This document shows, in pieces, positions 45,126 through 58,149 of a DNA stretch of 64,000 nt. The notes beneath the pieces are model-generated. The model searched no databases. It had not been told where the DNA came from and saw only the letters and a program-made list of their open reading frames with translations. Position 1 is the first letter of the stretch. Every line of letters starts with the position of its first letter. Made by a program: the position numbers and the translations under genes. Location of the stretch: assembly GCA_946965045.2 (NCBI GenBank), contig OX337230.1:2294001-2358000 (forward strand), written 5' to 3'. The stretch is from Epithemia pelagica (Eukaryota > Protista > Bacillariophyta).

Positions 45126-46271
45126 ATGAGCACAGGATCTTCCCTTGTCTCCCTTGCGGATGTTCAACGCTTCCAAAAGCGCTTCGATCAAGCCGCGGCT
45201 TCAGATTCTTCCTCTGCTCTTTCCACCCTCAAGATGAAAGACGACAATGATGACAAGTACTACGTCCGTCTCTTGCCATTCCAAGATGGCGTGGATGAAG
45301 AGCCCTCGAATCTCTTCCTTTGGGTGCTCCATTTTGTTGACAAGGTCAAGATCTCCGGTCACCCAGAGCCCTTTGCTGCCTGTTGCACCTACTTTCCTCG
45401 TGTTACCACAAGTCTCGTTGCGGACAAGTTCCATGTTGCATTCCAGGCCCTGCCTGATGGCGCTGACCTCAATGAAGTGTGTTTTAAACGGTTGATTGCT
45501 ACAATCTTCGAACCCAAGTTGACTGTTTCCGAAGTCAATGCCTTCCGGGCACACCTTCTTAGCGGGCCTCGCAAGCCACCTGACATGACTATTGATATTC
45601 ATTATCACACCCTCCAAAAGATTTCGAACAGTCTCCGTTATTTGTCCAACGACAACGCTGTCCAAGCTCTCATCGACGATGAGTTGAAGCAAGCCTTCTA
45701 TCTTGGCTCCCCGGTTGCCTGGCGCAACGAGTTCAAGACGGCCAATCCTTTGGTTGCAGATTTGGTGAACCATGTCAATGTCACCGACTTTCTTCAAGCA
45801 ATGCGTGGCTATCAACGGGGGGCCTCTCAAGAAAAGATGGCTGCCAATGCACAGTCCCAGGCCAAGTCCCGCAATCCTCGAGATGATTCCACTTCACGTG
45901 GTTCTTCCTCCAAGCGTTTTCGCTCCTCTAATGGTGGTCGTGGCGGTCTCTGCGGCAGCAATCGCCAGTCCAATGGTGGACGCCAAGCGTCCGGTGATCG
46001 TCCCGTCAATGACGGCGATGCCTGTCCTTACAAGGACACGATTCCTTCGCACGCCAATTATACTTGGGCCAACTGCATCTACAACCCGCAGTCCTCCAAT
46101 TTCAGCCAAGAGCGTTTCAACGCCTTTCTTGCCCGTACTGGGTCCGGTCTCCGCACTCCTACTGGGTCCCATCCCAACAATGGTTCTCAGAACCAAGGCC
46201 ATAATGGCCAAGGCTCTCGTAGCCAGGGAACTCCCTCATCTGGAGGATCTTGCCCTACTGGTTCCAGTTAA
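45126..46271 (+). CDS. Gypsy Gag-like protein
   Basis: 381-codon ORF after the 5' LTR. Basic R/G/S-rich region followed by a degenerate knuckle-like CPY..SH..YTWANCIYNP. Confidence 0.6.
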   Translation: MSTGSSLVSLADVQRFQKRFDQAAASDSSSALSTLKMKDDNDDKYYVRLLPFQDGVDEEPSNLFLWVLHFVDKVKISGHPEPFAACCTYFPRVTTSLVADKFHVAFQALPDGADLNEVCFKRLIATIFEPKLTVSEVNAFRAHLLSGPRKPPDMTIDIHYHTLQKISNSLRYLSNDNAVQALIDDELKQAFYLGSPVAWRNEFKTANPLVADLVNHVNVTDFLQAMRGYQRGASQEKMAANAQSQAKSRNPRDDSTSRGSSSKRFRSSNGGRGGLCGSNRQSNGGRQASGDRPVNDGDACPYKDTIPSHANYTWANCIYNPQSSNFSQERFNAFLARTGSGLRTPTGSHPNNGSQNQGHNGQGSRSQGTPSSGGSCPTGSS

Positions 46272-46879
46272 GGCGCTGTTCCCCGTCGTTCTGGATCTGG
46301 CTCCGACCAGCATGCCTCTGAAGGCACCAACACAGACGACAATCCACCGGTTGATCCGTCGTTGGCTGAGCCGTTGCCTTCTGTGCAAGGTCGTGCTCGT
46401 CAACGTCCTCTAGCCAATTCTCGTGATTGGTCCAGTCTCCGCAATGCCGATCTAACGGTCCCCGGTATGTGTTCCTCTTCCTTTTTTGCTTCATCCTCTC
46501 CGGATGTCTCTCATCATCTTGATGTTCTTTTTGCTCAGCAATGTCACATCCAGACTGGTCTTCCACCGGCTTTGCCGGCGCCGAATGCCATCCTCAGGCC
46601 CCAATCCTGCAAGTCCGTGAACAATAGTTCAAGATCTACGGGCGTAACATGGATATCGCCCATATCTACGACTTGTCCTCTCCTGGAGGCAACGCCGAAT
46701 ACCAACGCTTCCCCATATCTTAAGGAATGCCCAAATCCTACAGATGCTGTCATCGCTGACATCGTTGATCCCAAAAATGGTTTTTATCTAACCTAGATCA
46801 CTATGAAGATGTCTACTCATCTAGTTCTGTCTCTGACTCTCCTAGTTTATCTAGTCCCCTTTCGGTCGCTCCCTCTGAG

Positions 46880-49212
46880 CCTCCGTCTGTTCCCCTCACC
46901 ATTTTGATGGCTCGGTCCATTGGTGGAGTCGAGAACACCGTCCCGTTGCGTGCCCTGCTCGACATCTCCATGTGCTTTTACACATTCGGCCTCGATGAGG
47001 AATCAAGCAATCTTTGCGTCATTACTACGCCTTTTGGCAAATTCCGTTACCATCGTCTGCCGATGGGTGTCAAACAATCTCCTGACTTTTGTCAAGAGAT
47101 CATGGAAGAAGTCCTCAAGGACTTCAGTGAACATGTCGAAGTCTATATCAACGACATTGGCATCTTCTCCACACTGGGATCAAGCCCTGGAAAAAGAAGA
47201 TCTCTGCCATTCTGGCATTGGCTCGGCCAAAGACCATGAAAGAGCTTCGTTCCTTCATTGGCATGATCAATTTCTATCGCCATATGTATCCACAACGCTC
47301 CCATATTCTTGCTCCCCTAACATCCATTACGGGCAACAAGACCCTCGTTTGGTCCCCGCAATGTCAACGTGCTTTCGAACAAGCCAAGTCCATGCTCGCA
47401 CATGATGCCTTTCTTTGGTATCCCGACCATAACCTTCCCTTCCGTGTCTACGTGGACCCCTCTGATTACCAGCTTGGTGCTGTCATCATGCAACAAGACG
47501 TTCCCGTCGTATATTACTCTCGCAACTTAAACCCTGCTCAACGCAACTACACTACTATGGAGAAGGAGTTACTCTCCATTGTCGAAACCCTTAAGGAGTT
47601 CCGCTCCATGCTTCTCGGCTGTGCCGAACTGCACGTCCATACGGACCATAAGAATCTTACCTACGCTACCCTCAACTCGCAACGGGTCCTCCGTTGGCGG
47701 TTGTTCCTCGAGGAGTACAATCCGATTTTTCATTACGTCCCTGGCCAGGACAATGTCATCGCCGACGCCTTGTCGCGTCTCCCTCTCTCTGAAGAGGAGG
47801 AGAAGAGTGTCTCTCCGTCATCGACCTCCTCTACGGTTGCCTCGCCGCATCCACGATCGCTCTATGATCATAGCGGACAACACTCAGTGTTGCAAGTGCC
47901 TCATGGCCCTAATGATGACCCCTGCTCTCATCACTCGCGTGACCCAGACGCTTTCAAATCTCCCATCTTCATGGATGAGGATTTGATCGATGTCTACCTC
48001 AATCATCCTCCCATCACGGCAAATCAACCCTTGCCTGTCGACTATGCGACGATTCATCAACATCAACAGAACGATGCCATTCTTGTGGCCAAGTTGACCG
48101 AACAACCACAGAGATTCCATCTCCAGCCCTTTCCTACGGAAAATCCACAATACAACTTGATTTGTTATCGTCAGAATCCTAATGCCGCGTGGCGTATTCG
48201 TATCCCAGACAGCCTCTTGGCCCATACCGTCAATTGGTATCACCTGTCCCTCAATCACTTGGGGTCTGCGCGTCTTCGTGAGACGATTTCTATGCACATG
48301 AGTCATCCTGACTTGGGCCTGTATTGTGAACAAGCCGTGTCTAGTTGTGCTACCTGCCAACGCTCTACAGTCATACATCGTCATTACGGTGAGCTCCCTC
48401 CTCGAGAGGTCCGAGGCAATCCATGGGCTGACATCTCTGTCGACCTCATTGGACCGTGGAATGTCACCGTTCATGGGCAAAAATTAACATTTCAAGCCTT
48501 GACTATTATTGACAATGTCACTAACTTCTGCGAACTCATTCGCATCCATGATAAGACGGCACGTCACGTGGGTCTTCAATTGGAAAACGCGTGGCTCTCA
48601 CGCTATCCTCGTCCCGTTCGTTGCCTTTTTGATCAAGGCGGTGAATTTATCGGACATGCGTTCACGCAAGTTCTTCGTAACCATGGCATCAAGCCAGTGC
48701 CGTTGACGGCCAAGAATCCTCAATCAAATGCTCTTTGCGAGCGGTTACATTTGACTGTTGGCAACACTCTTTGTGTGATCACCAACTATGAACCACCACA
48801 AGATGTTCAAAATGCTGCCCTTGCCATGGATACTGCTCTGCAGACCGCTGCGTACTCCACTCGCACTGCCATTCATGGCGCTTTGAAATATTCTCCCGGC
48901 AGCCTTGCGTTCCATCGCGACATGCTGTTCGACATCCCTATTATCGCGGACATGGAAACAGTCCGTCTGAAACGACAACAAATTGTCGATGAATGCGCTC
49001 GTCTCGCAAATCGTTCTCGTGTCTTCCATGACTACGCTATCAACGATCTTGTGCTCCTTCGCGCCACAAATCCGGACAAACTTGAGCTCCGCACAAGTCC
49101 CAATCCCTTTCGGATTACACAAGTCCATTCAAATGACACTGTGACTATCCAACGTGGTCCCCACGTCACTGAATGAATCAACATTCGTCGCCTTGTTCCA
49201 TTTCGTGAATAA
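46880..49212 (+). pseudogene. Gypsy pol remnant: PR stub fused to partial RT, then RNase H and integrase
   Basis: PLRALLD|[28 protein letters not shown]. RNase H YVDPSDYQLGAV..EKELLSIV..VHTDHKNL. Integrase H..LNH..C..C, VDLIGP, FDQGGEF, SNALCERLH. Premature TGA at 49174-49176. Confidence 0.88.
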
Positions 49213-49431
49213 ATGGGTTTTAATGCTGGCCTCCAAGCTTTCCCATTCTTGTCCCGCTCGAACTCCCTAGGTCCGACCAGGGAGAGGTAGAGTGCGGTAC
49301 CCCTATATGGATCCCGCCATACGTGTCACCACGTTCCATTCCCGGTTCGCGTTTTGACACTGCGACATGAATCTTCCGCCATCTGGCTGTTCCTCCTCCA
49401 GTCATTTCTCGTCGCACGTGGCACTGTGGAT

Positions 49432-52400
49432 CAGGGCTGTGTAGTACGATAGTCCAATTTTCAACGAAGTCCCTTACTTTGTACTGTACTTCACCGACTT
49501 TACGCATTCCCTTAGTATAGTCCCCCCCTCTCTCTCAAGGGACTGCCAGTCCCTCAGTCCATTCCCTATGGTCATTCACAACCGACTATAGTCTCTACCG
49601 TCATCCCCCCCCCAGCCTTCAATCGTACTATATTCCCTCTCTCGAGTCCCACCAGTCTCTCATATCGTACTTTAAGTCCTAAAGTCAAGTACCTCCAGCC
49701 AAATATATAGACTGTATAGTACAAAATCACTCCTCATCTCCATATGAAACGACTACAACCATGATATCATGCGTTTATCATTCCAAATCAACACAAGAAA
49801 ACAGATGAGGATAATCACAACACAGAGGTACGTTACCCATATCTTGGTTGCTTCGCCTCTCTTCAACAATCAAACCATTGTCCTCTCTTATCTTGTCTCA
49901 TACAACGAGACGAGGTCGAATCAAATGGAAGGAGTCCAAGATACCGTTTCGACATTGGAAGATCCTTCCAGGAGGGATCCCCCTTCCTCCAACAAGAACA
50001 AATCTTCTTCCAACAAGAACAAGCCACGGCCCTCATCCAGTAAGAAGAAGACTTCCAGTTCAAAGAAGAAAAAGAAGAAGAAGCCTCCTCCTGCAGGTTC
50101 CAACGAATTGAAACGAAAACCCTCTGCACTCGAAGCCGAGAAGAAAATTGTTGAGGAAGAGCTTGCACCAGTTGTGGAAGCCAAAGATGATTTCTTGGCG
50201 AATGAGAAATCTCTTGTTCCTCTTCTTGATTCTCCAAATCCATTATTCTTCGGCCATCCTAGTTGTTCACCGTACTGGCGTTGGATCCTTCATGTTGACT
50301 GGCCGGTGTTTGAACAATATCTGATCGATAACTCGGATGATATTCCCCAAACCCCCGGCATTCTCAAGCTGATAAACAACATGAAGACCAAAACCAAAAT
50401 AGGAGACATGAAGAATCTCAAGTCGGCATTGACTCCCCAAGCCAAGAATAAAGCCATGAAAGAGAAATACTCGAATCTTGTCCGTTATGTTGTCATCTGC
50501 CCACGCTGTTTTGCGAACAAAGACAAACCACTGGACGAATGTATCCTACTTTGTGGGCTTAACAAAACATCCAACATAGCAACTCATATCGGCAAGTACC
50601 ACAAAGATGTTCAAATTCAAGACGACGCCAATGAACCCTCTCCGATGAAAAGCCAAGGCACGCTAAGCTCCATGATCATAAAGGATGCATCCAAATCTAC
50701 TGCTTCTGCGGAACTAAGGCAGCTCATGTATCGGTTCATCAATGACTGCGCACTACCGGCAATTACGGCCGAGAAAAAAGAATTCCGAGATCTCATCCGG
50801 TATGCAATCAACAACAGTGCTGCTCTCCGCGACACACCGGCAGAGATCATGAGCCGGCGGGAAATTTCCAAACTTCGTATCTCTTCCTACGACTAACCTT
50901 ATCAATGCCTGTCGCTCTGAATACGAACGATTGTGCTACCAGAAGGTTCCTTTTATCTCCGTGTGCCATGATATTTGGCAAGCGAGGGACCATGACGTCC
51001 TTGGGGTTACAATAATGTTCATAGACCCTCGCAACTGCGAGGTCTATCGCATCCCCATTGGTCTTGCAGAATGCAAAGGACACGCAGCAACGGACGTGGC
51101 AAACCTAACTGATGTTCTCCTTCTTGGTGTTGGCATCACTACAGGAGATCTGTCGGCCTCTGTGAATGACAACACGACAGCCGCTGTGTTGGCGGGCAAG
51201 TACATAGTGGGCCAAAAGGATAAGACTGGAAAGTGTGATATGCACAAGGCTGAACTTGTGCTAAAGCACGCCACGGGGTTAGTTCAACGCTACCACAATC
51301 GCCAGCTCATGGATTCTTACACAGAGTTTCTTGAGCTATGGCAAATCTTCAAACAATTTGCGTCGTGGTTGACCAGCAAAAAATCTCCAAAGCGAATGAG
51401 AAAGTTTCGAGAGGCCTGTATTACGATGGGAATGAAGATTGTTTCTATTCCACTCCCAAATGACACTCGAGTTGCAGGACTTATCCTAACAATTCAAGCC
51501 TTGCTACGATGCAAATTTGTCATGGATAACAAGTCTACTCTGACTGGTTTCCGGAGCGACCCAAAGTTCAAAAAGCTATATCCAGAGGAAAAGGAATGGA
51601 AATTACTTGCTCAGTACGAGGGAATCCTCGCTCCCTTGAAACAAGTTTCCATGTCTTTACAATCTGATGAACCAGGAGCAAGTTCCGCGGCCCTGCTTGA
51701 AATCTATTGCGCTTATTTTCAAGCAACAACTATGCGCAGTGACAGTAAAGAGTATGGTGGTGTCTCCTGCTTGAATGTGTCTAGTGGAGCCGAGACTCAA
51801 TGGGACGCTCGTGATACCATGGACGATCTAGACAGACTGCGCGATCCGATTTCTCTACAAGGATTTAGAGGCTGGACCACGCCGCCTAATTCGCCGGATT
51901 ATCGCAGAGTACAAGCATTACTTATTCCATCGTGACGAAGATGGAATAAAAGCTGTTTGTGCCAATCCTCTATTGGGAAATGTATACGAGAATATGTTCG
52001 TGAATTTTGGCGTTTTTGATCAAGACACAGTCAAAGAGTGTCGTAGGATCATCATCAAAGACATGGTCGCCAAATTCAGCAACAAGAGTGTCTCTCAGAT
52101 TGGACTTGCGCTCTCTAAACAAGGGGCCACGGGGAGAGAAGGTGATGACGATGAGAATGTTGAAGAACAGGCGATGTCCCCTTCCAGAAAAACTATTGGG
52201 CACAAAACCCGTGATGTATTTGCGAACATGAGGCGCTCGCATGACCTACAACAACAAGCGTTACTGCATCTTAGTGGCAAGGCATCCAACGCTTCCTCTT
52301 AAAACGAAATGGTGATGGCCTTACAGAAAGCTTGTACATCATGCTACGACGAATTTTGCGAACATTGCAAGGGTCACATAGACAACCGTTGGGATCAAAT

Positions 52401-53124
52401 GATGGAAGACTATGGAACTCCAGCCTTCTATAAGGCTCGCGACCGCTGGAACGATAATCAGAAGAGAGAGTTTGCCATGAATTGCAAGAATCGAAATTAC
52501 TTAGAGGTTGGCAAGTACTTTGACTTGATGAAATGGTGGCGTCTCCATTCCTCAAAATTCTCCTACCTATACCCAAGTGCTATCATTTGGTTGGCGAAGC
52601 CGTCGACAAACGCCTTCCAAGAGCGGATTTTCTCCATGGGATCATGGATGACTCAAAATAAACTAATGGGGAGCATGTCAAAGAAAACCAACGAAATGAG
52701 AACAATGGACATGTTAAGTCGGGACCAAGTCACGACTATTTTGAAGAACGAAAAGAAAATAGAGAAAGGAGAAGGTATTAGTGTGTCGTACGTACCTGTC
52801 GTGTCCAAAACAAGAAAGAGTACCGCCGACAATAAACAAGATAAGAATTTACGAAGGACGGCTCTCAAGGAAGCCGCTAATGGATTCGCAACCTACAGAA
52901 AGTCGTCCAAGTTCAACAACAATGTTATGACAGATCCAAGTGTGACCATGACATTTTTCCAAAATACGGAGGAAGGGGATGGAGCATCGACATTGTCCGG
53001 CTATGACCCAGACAAAGACATTGATGCGTCTGGTGAGGACAAGGTTGGGAAAGAGACCGAGATTGGAACAATCTGCAAGCGTGAGTGTTGGACTTGCTCG
53101 TGTTTTCTTCTTTGCAAGAAATAG
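49432..53124 (+). mobile_element. hAT DNA transposon with disrupted transposase; right end not found
   Basis: Begins CAGGGCTG exactly where LTR identity stops. BED finger CPRC..HIGKYH; ISVCHDIWQ; NDNTT; CDMH; C-terminal dimerisation KWW..PSTNAFQERIFS. ORF broken by frameshifts near 50893 and ~51870 and a stop at 52300-52302. Confidence 0.85.
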
Positions 53125-53314
53125 ACCCAGAATTCTGAATTAACCATGCAACAGTAAATCGTTTCACCCATAGATGAAGTTGGCGCCGAAGAAGGTCTTT
53201 GGGAGATTGCTCTTGGATATATTTTTTCGTGTCTTCGAAGTAAGCAAAATTCGACTCCAGAATGAACTTCAGATTACATCGTGAAGAGAAATGAAGGTAT
53301 TTGCGAGAAGTTGA

Positions 53315-54496
53315 CCCTTTTTCTTGTAGTCGTTTGATTAGATCGTCTATTAGTTCCATTTTAGGAGCACAGACACCACAGTTGTCTACCCACAGAAAAA
53401 TGATGATGTTGTCTTTGTAAAGCAAACACTCGTCATGAGCACTAAGGGTGAATCCGTCTTCCTTTAAAGCCTCTAGTAGGTGGGTATACCATAACCTTGG
53501 AGCTGAAGACAGGCCATATAGACTCTTGATGAGTCGCAGGCAGGTCTCTCCAGGTTTGCCAGACCTAAATCCTCTAGGTAAATGAATCCATACAGGTTCA
53601 TCCAACGTAGCTTGTACAAATGCATTGTTAAAATCAATGCAGGCAAGCTCCCATCCTAGGATTAAGCTGACAGTGAGGACAATACGGATTGAGCTCCAGT
53701 GAACAACTGGGCTGTAGTTTTCTTGTTCCGTTTCCTGTAAGTCTCCTCTCACACAATATCTAGCTTTGTGTTTGAGGATCTCACCATCGGGAGTTCTCTT
53801 TCGTTTAAATACCCAAGTTCCTGGTAGAATCCGCGTTTTTGCCTGAGATTTTGGGACCTCTTCCCATGTTCCTTTACCTTCGAGTTCCATAATTTCTTTG
53901 TGTGCGGCAACTTTCCATTTTTCAATGTCAGCATCTCGCATGGCTTCGTCATAGGAAAGCGTATCTGGATCAGAGAGAGATGCTTTCATGACGGTCAGGA
54001 GGTCGCTATGATCTACAGATGGAGGAGCAGTAGGATGAACGGTAGCCACATTTATTTCTTCTACAAGACGAGTGGGCCGTTTAACAGTCCGACCGGAGCG
54101 ACGAGTGGTGATGGGTGGTGCGAGAGAGGGAGTGGAACTGGAAGTGGGTTGAGTGGATTTGCGAGGACGGGACTCCCTCTGAGGCCGAATCTCCCTCTGA
54201 GGAGATGGACCAGGGGAAGGAGTAGTGTTGAGAGAAGGAGAAGGCAAAAGAGGGGTCGTCGAAGGCGAGGTTTCAGCGACCTGGTCAGTTTTCTCCCTCT
54301 GAGGAAGGGGTGTATTGGAAAAGGACATCCGCTTAGGGGATGGTTGATACACCGGTTCCTCATTGGGAGCTGAAATCGATACGGGTCTGTTGCTTGGTGT
54401 CGAACTGGGTGCTGGTGCGCCACTGGGAGTAGCACGGGGATTAGTTAAAGGAAACGTGCCAGGAGTGGAACTGGGTTTGGAAGGCGATGGAAGCAC
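53315..54496 (-). pseudogene. Copia reverse transcriptase, catalytic motif mutated and truncated
   Basis: GTWVFKRKR, KHKARYCVRGDLQ, IDFNNAF, SLYGLSSAPRLW. The YVDD motif reads WVDN (53381-53392). Confidence 0.85.
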
Positions 54497-54499
54497 GGC

Positions 54500-57400
54500 A
54501 AAAGGACAATGAATCCCAATTGCATGTGCGACATCGGATTCCCTTTGTGTATAGGACTGTTGTGGGCCTCATCTGTAGTAGTAGGCGCTTCAATATTTGG
54601 AGCATCGTCGTTGTCGAGATCTATATATTGATAGGAGGAGTCTCCGAACAGTTTATACCACGTGTCAGTGAAGAAGTCGGGCAATTGTTCATAAGTCATA
54701 GCAATTGTACTGAACCAATCGTCAAAAACTACATGGAATTGTGGGGTTATGTAGCCGGTGTCAGGGTTAAGTACCAGAGGGACCGAACTAGCATGGCGGT
54801 TACTTAACCCCATGAGTTGGCAACGTGTAGACCTAGGCTTCCAACGAGGTAGTTTCTTCCCGTCGGCAATGGATTTCTGTAGGACATAGACTGGGCAGCC
54901 CCACACGTGTAGGTCGTGGAACTTTCGTTGTTCCCAACGGACACGTGTAAATAAGTCGTGGGGGCTAATCCCTGTGTCAGTACGGGGCACATGATTATGT
55001 AGGTACACTGCATTTGATACTGCCATGGGCCATAGCATAGGGTCAGCTAATTCTGGCCAGTGTATTGCAGCATGGAGCATCATTGTACGAGCAATAGACA
55101 TAATAGTTTGTATTGCCCGTTCGGCGATGCCAGCATGATGATGTGCCCCAACTCCGGCAAATCTGGAAATTTGAGCGAATGTTCGGAGTGATTGGGTGTA
55201 ATCCTTAGAGGTAAAGGCTGCTCCATTGTCCGTTAGGTATTGAAGCGGTACTACCCCTATTTCTCTACAGAAAAGCTCGAAGGATTCTTTAACACTCAGC
55301 GTTTCATGTGTATTTAGGTGGGATTGAAATCCTATCCACGTGTATCCCGAAGCGTGGTCTACAAAGATTGCTCCACCTGTATAAAGATCGTTGATTTTTG
55401 ATTTCCCCTTTGAGTCAAAGCGTCTCCCCTTTGTAGAACACACAAAATGATCTACTGAGATGCATTGACCTGGATGCAGGTTACCGTCTTTGGTAACCCC
55501 TTGTTTGTCTTTGACGATGATTGTTTTCCTCCCTGGTTCGGTTCGTCTGCGCTGTTTCCCGAATTGACATGCTGCGCACAAGGGTAAGTCGGTGAGTGTG
55601 GATGCGAGAGTGTGTAAACGACGCGTTTTCTCTGTTGTTGCCAAAACGCCTGTTTGCATGAGAAACTGTACCTTGAGAAGATTCATGTGTCCGAGTCGGT
55701 AATGCCATTTGAGAAGTTCCTTCTGTCCTGGTGAGAGGTTTGCGTTTTGGTGTGCGACTTCATTCACAGTACTGTTGAAAGCGAGTGATGTTGTTTGTAA
55801 GTGGTCTGAATTGTATCCGTAGGACATTGGAAGATTGTTCTTCGGATTTACCATCACATTAACCTCTCGGCGATCAGGGTCGCCTGGAATTCCAGTCAAG
55901 GTAAGTGTATAACCGTCCTGAATGATTTTCTCTCCATGGTACTGCTGAAGAAGATTTTGCGTTGACAACAATCTCACAGAAATTTTTGGTACATGGAATG
56001 CAGGAAGTTTCAACGTTCGTGGAGCGCCATTCGTGTCCAAAACGGTCCAAAGGACAGTTCCTCGTCCAACAGCCTTCATTTTATTGGCAATACCTTTTAC
56101 TTTCAGATCAGGGAAGGGCTTGATCTTTCCAATGAAGTCCTTGGCGTCGTTGGTAATGGAGATGCTTGCTCCGGAGTCCCAGATGATTGGATACGAGGCT
56201 CCATTTGGCATGGATTCACAAAGAGCCTTTGGATCTTGGAGTGTTGCTCGAAGAGCCTGTAGGGTGATGTTCTCCCACGGGTGGTGTGTGATGGAGTCAA
56301 GGTCAAGATTGTCGATGGAGGCCATCATTGCCATCATGTTGTTTGGATTGAGGGAGGCTCGGTGATGATGAAATCGTGGTACAGGCCGTGTGGAGCATGG
56401 TACGTTTTGGCAATAATAGGGAGTGTTGCTCCTGTTTTCGGTGTTCGATCTCTGACGGTTGTATCCCGCCAGATGTTGATGGGGATTTCCAGCAGAGATG
56501 GGGTGCTGGAAGCGACGAGCGCGAGAACGCAACAAACTTGTCTTTGTGGGCATTCGTCGGCTGGTCGGTAGTGTGGAGTCATTATGCTCGGAAGGTGTGT
56601 TAGCGAATGGCCCGCGGCTTCGCTTGTGCCTTCGAGGTGGACTCGAGTTGACCTTGAATGAAGTGTTCCGCCGTTTTCTCCCTCGCTTCGCGGGTATAAT
56701 GGCTCGTAAGCTCGTAAGGCCAGCCTGACATAACGATGCCGACCATTCCAACAATCTACAACCAAACACAACAATCAACCAGAACAAGGAGAAGAAGAAG
56801 GACCTTGTAGGGGAGTTGTGGTTGGTGGCAAAGTGGGTTCGGCGGTTGTTTAGCTGGGCACGAAAGGCATTGACCGAGACGGCGGTCCTTTGGGTGTTAT
56901 TGGGGCGATTTGGTCCCTTGGCTTTGTTAGAGTTCTTGGAATTGGGACTGGATGAGAGGCTGAAACTGAGAAAGATGGCCACCCAACAAGAAATCCATGT
57001 AACGATACCAGGCATGCAGCCAGGATGCAGCAAGAAGAAAACAGAAATTTCCTTGAATCCGCAGTAAGCTTCATAGACACCATAGTAGAGATGTACCGCG
57101 GCACTGTACAGGTGTCCTAGCCCATTTGTAAAGGCGTCCTTAGATTCCTCGGTAGTGGTTGGAGCTGGGATCAGCCAGAGGATGATCGGTAACAAGACAA
57201 CAAAATGTAGAAGGGCGACCAAGAAAAGATGCTGAAGAGAGAAAGTTTCGTCTGAAAGCTCCTCGACTGGCGTGCGCGCCGGTCGTCGTGGGGTACGCAC
57301 GTGTCCAAAGGTGAAAGGTGCATAGTAGACTTCTACGCATTTTCCTACCATTGAGCCTCCTACTGTCTCGTCCACAGTACAGTTGGATCCGTCCGAATTG

Positions 57401-58146
57401 TCTTGGGGGTCAGTGTCTCCTTCATTTTGTTGAGAAGTGGCAGGTTGTGAAGCCTCATCTTCATCATCGTCAAAATCGACACAAACGAGATGGGCAAAAT
57501 ACTTGGTGAGTGCCACTGTCTTGTTCGAGTCGTCATCATCATCCGTCTTGTTTTCGGGTTCCGAGGGAACATATCGTTCGCCTAGCGTGTTGGTTGGAAC
57601 GAAAGAGGAGGATGAGTTGCTTGTTGAGTCATCTGTCATTGTGCTCTTGTTCTCACGGAATGTTGTGAGTTTTGTTGCAGGAGTGAACTGCATCGCTGAT
57701 CCAGAGCTGGAGGTGTCCATCGGTTGAAAGCAAGGAACCATCGGGCCTGGTGGAATGGGCGACATTCCAGGAAAGCAAGATGCTGGTCGAGGGTGATTCG
57801 GAATGGGCATTCCATCAACGAAGTATCCCATTGCCCATTCCTCTTCTTTGACACGTTGGTATGCCTCAGCCACGGTAAGTCTCGGCTCTCGCCAAGCGTT
57901 TGCGAACACGGTTTTGGCTGCTCTCTCGTATCTCATCCCATCTCTTTTTGCTTGCTCTGCTTCGAGAATGATATGCTGCATTGCATATTTCGTCGATGCA
58001 GAGATGCTCAGGCGTCGTCTTGGAGGAGGAGGCGGCGGAGTCGGATCGTCCGGAGAAAAGGGCAAGGGAGCATTTGGCCGTGGTGGCAGAGGTCGTGCCT
58101 GATGGATTGGAGAGATGGCTGGTAGTTTCTTTTCCAGACTCGCCAA
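54500..58146 (-). CDS. Copia Pol part 1: long non-canonical spacer, protease, GAG-pre-integrase, integrase
   Basis: IIWDSGASISIT; WHYRLGH..CAACQFGK; ISVDHF, LTDNGAAF, GIAERAI; WGCPVYVL. Confidence 0.85.
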
Positions 58147-58149
58147 TTT

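Larger units (their letters stand above)
44783..49431 (+). mobile_element. Ty3/gypsy LTR retrotransposon, internally deleted, 3' LTR interrupted by a hAT
   Basis: Identical direct repeats starting TGCGGTACCCC at 44783-44921 and 49293-49431. Polypurine tract AGGGAGAGGTAGAG abuts the 3' copy. Order is gag, partial PR/RT, RNase H, integrase. Confidence 0.88.

Noticed and set aside
44770-49440. TSD for the gypsy element
   Set aside because: The 3' LTR is interrupted by the hAT and its distal end is not in the window, so no TSD can be assigned.
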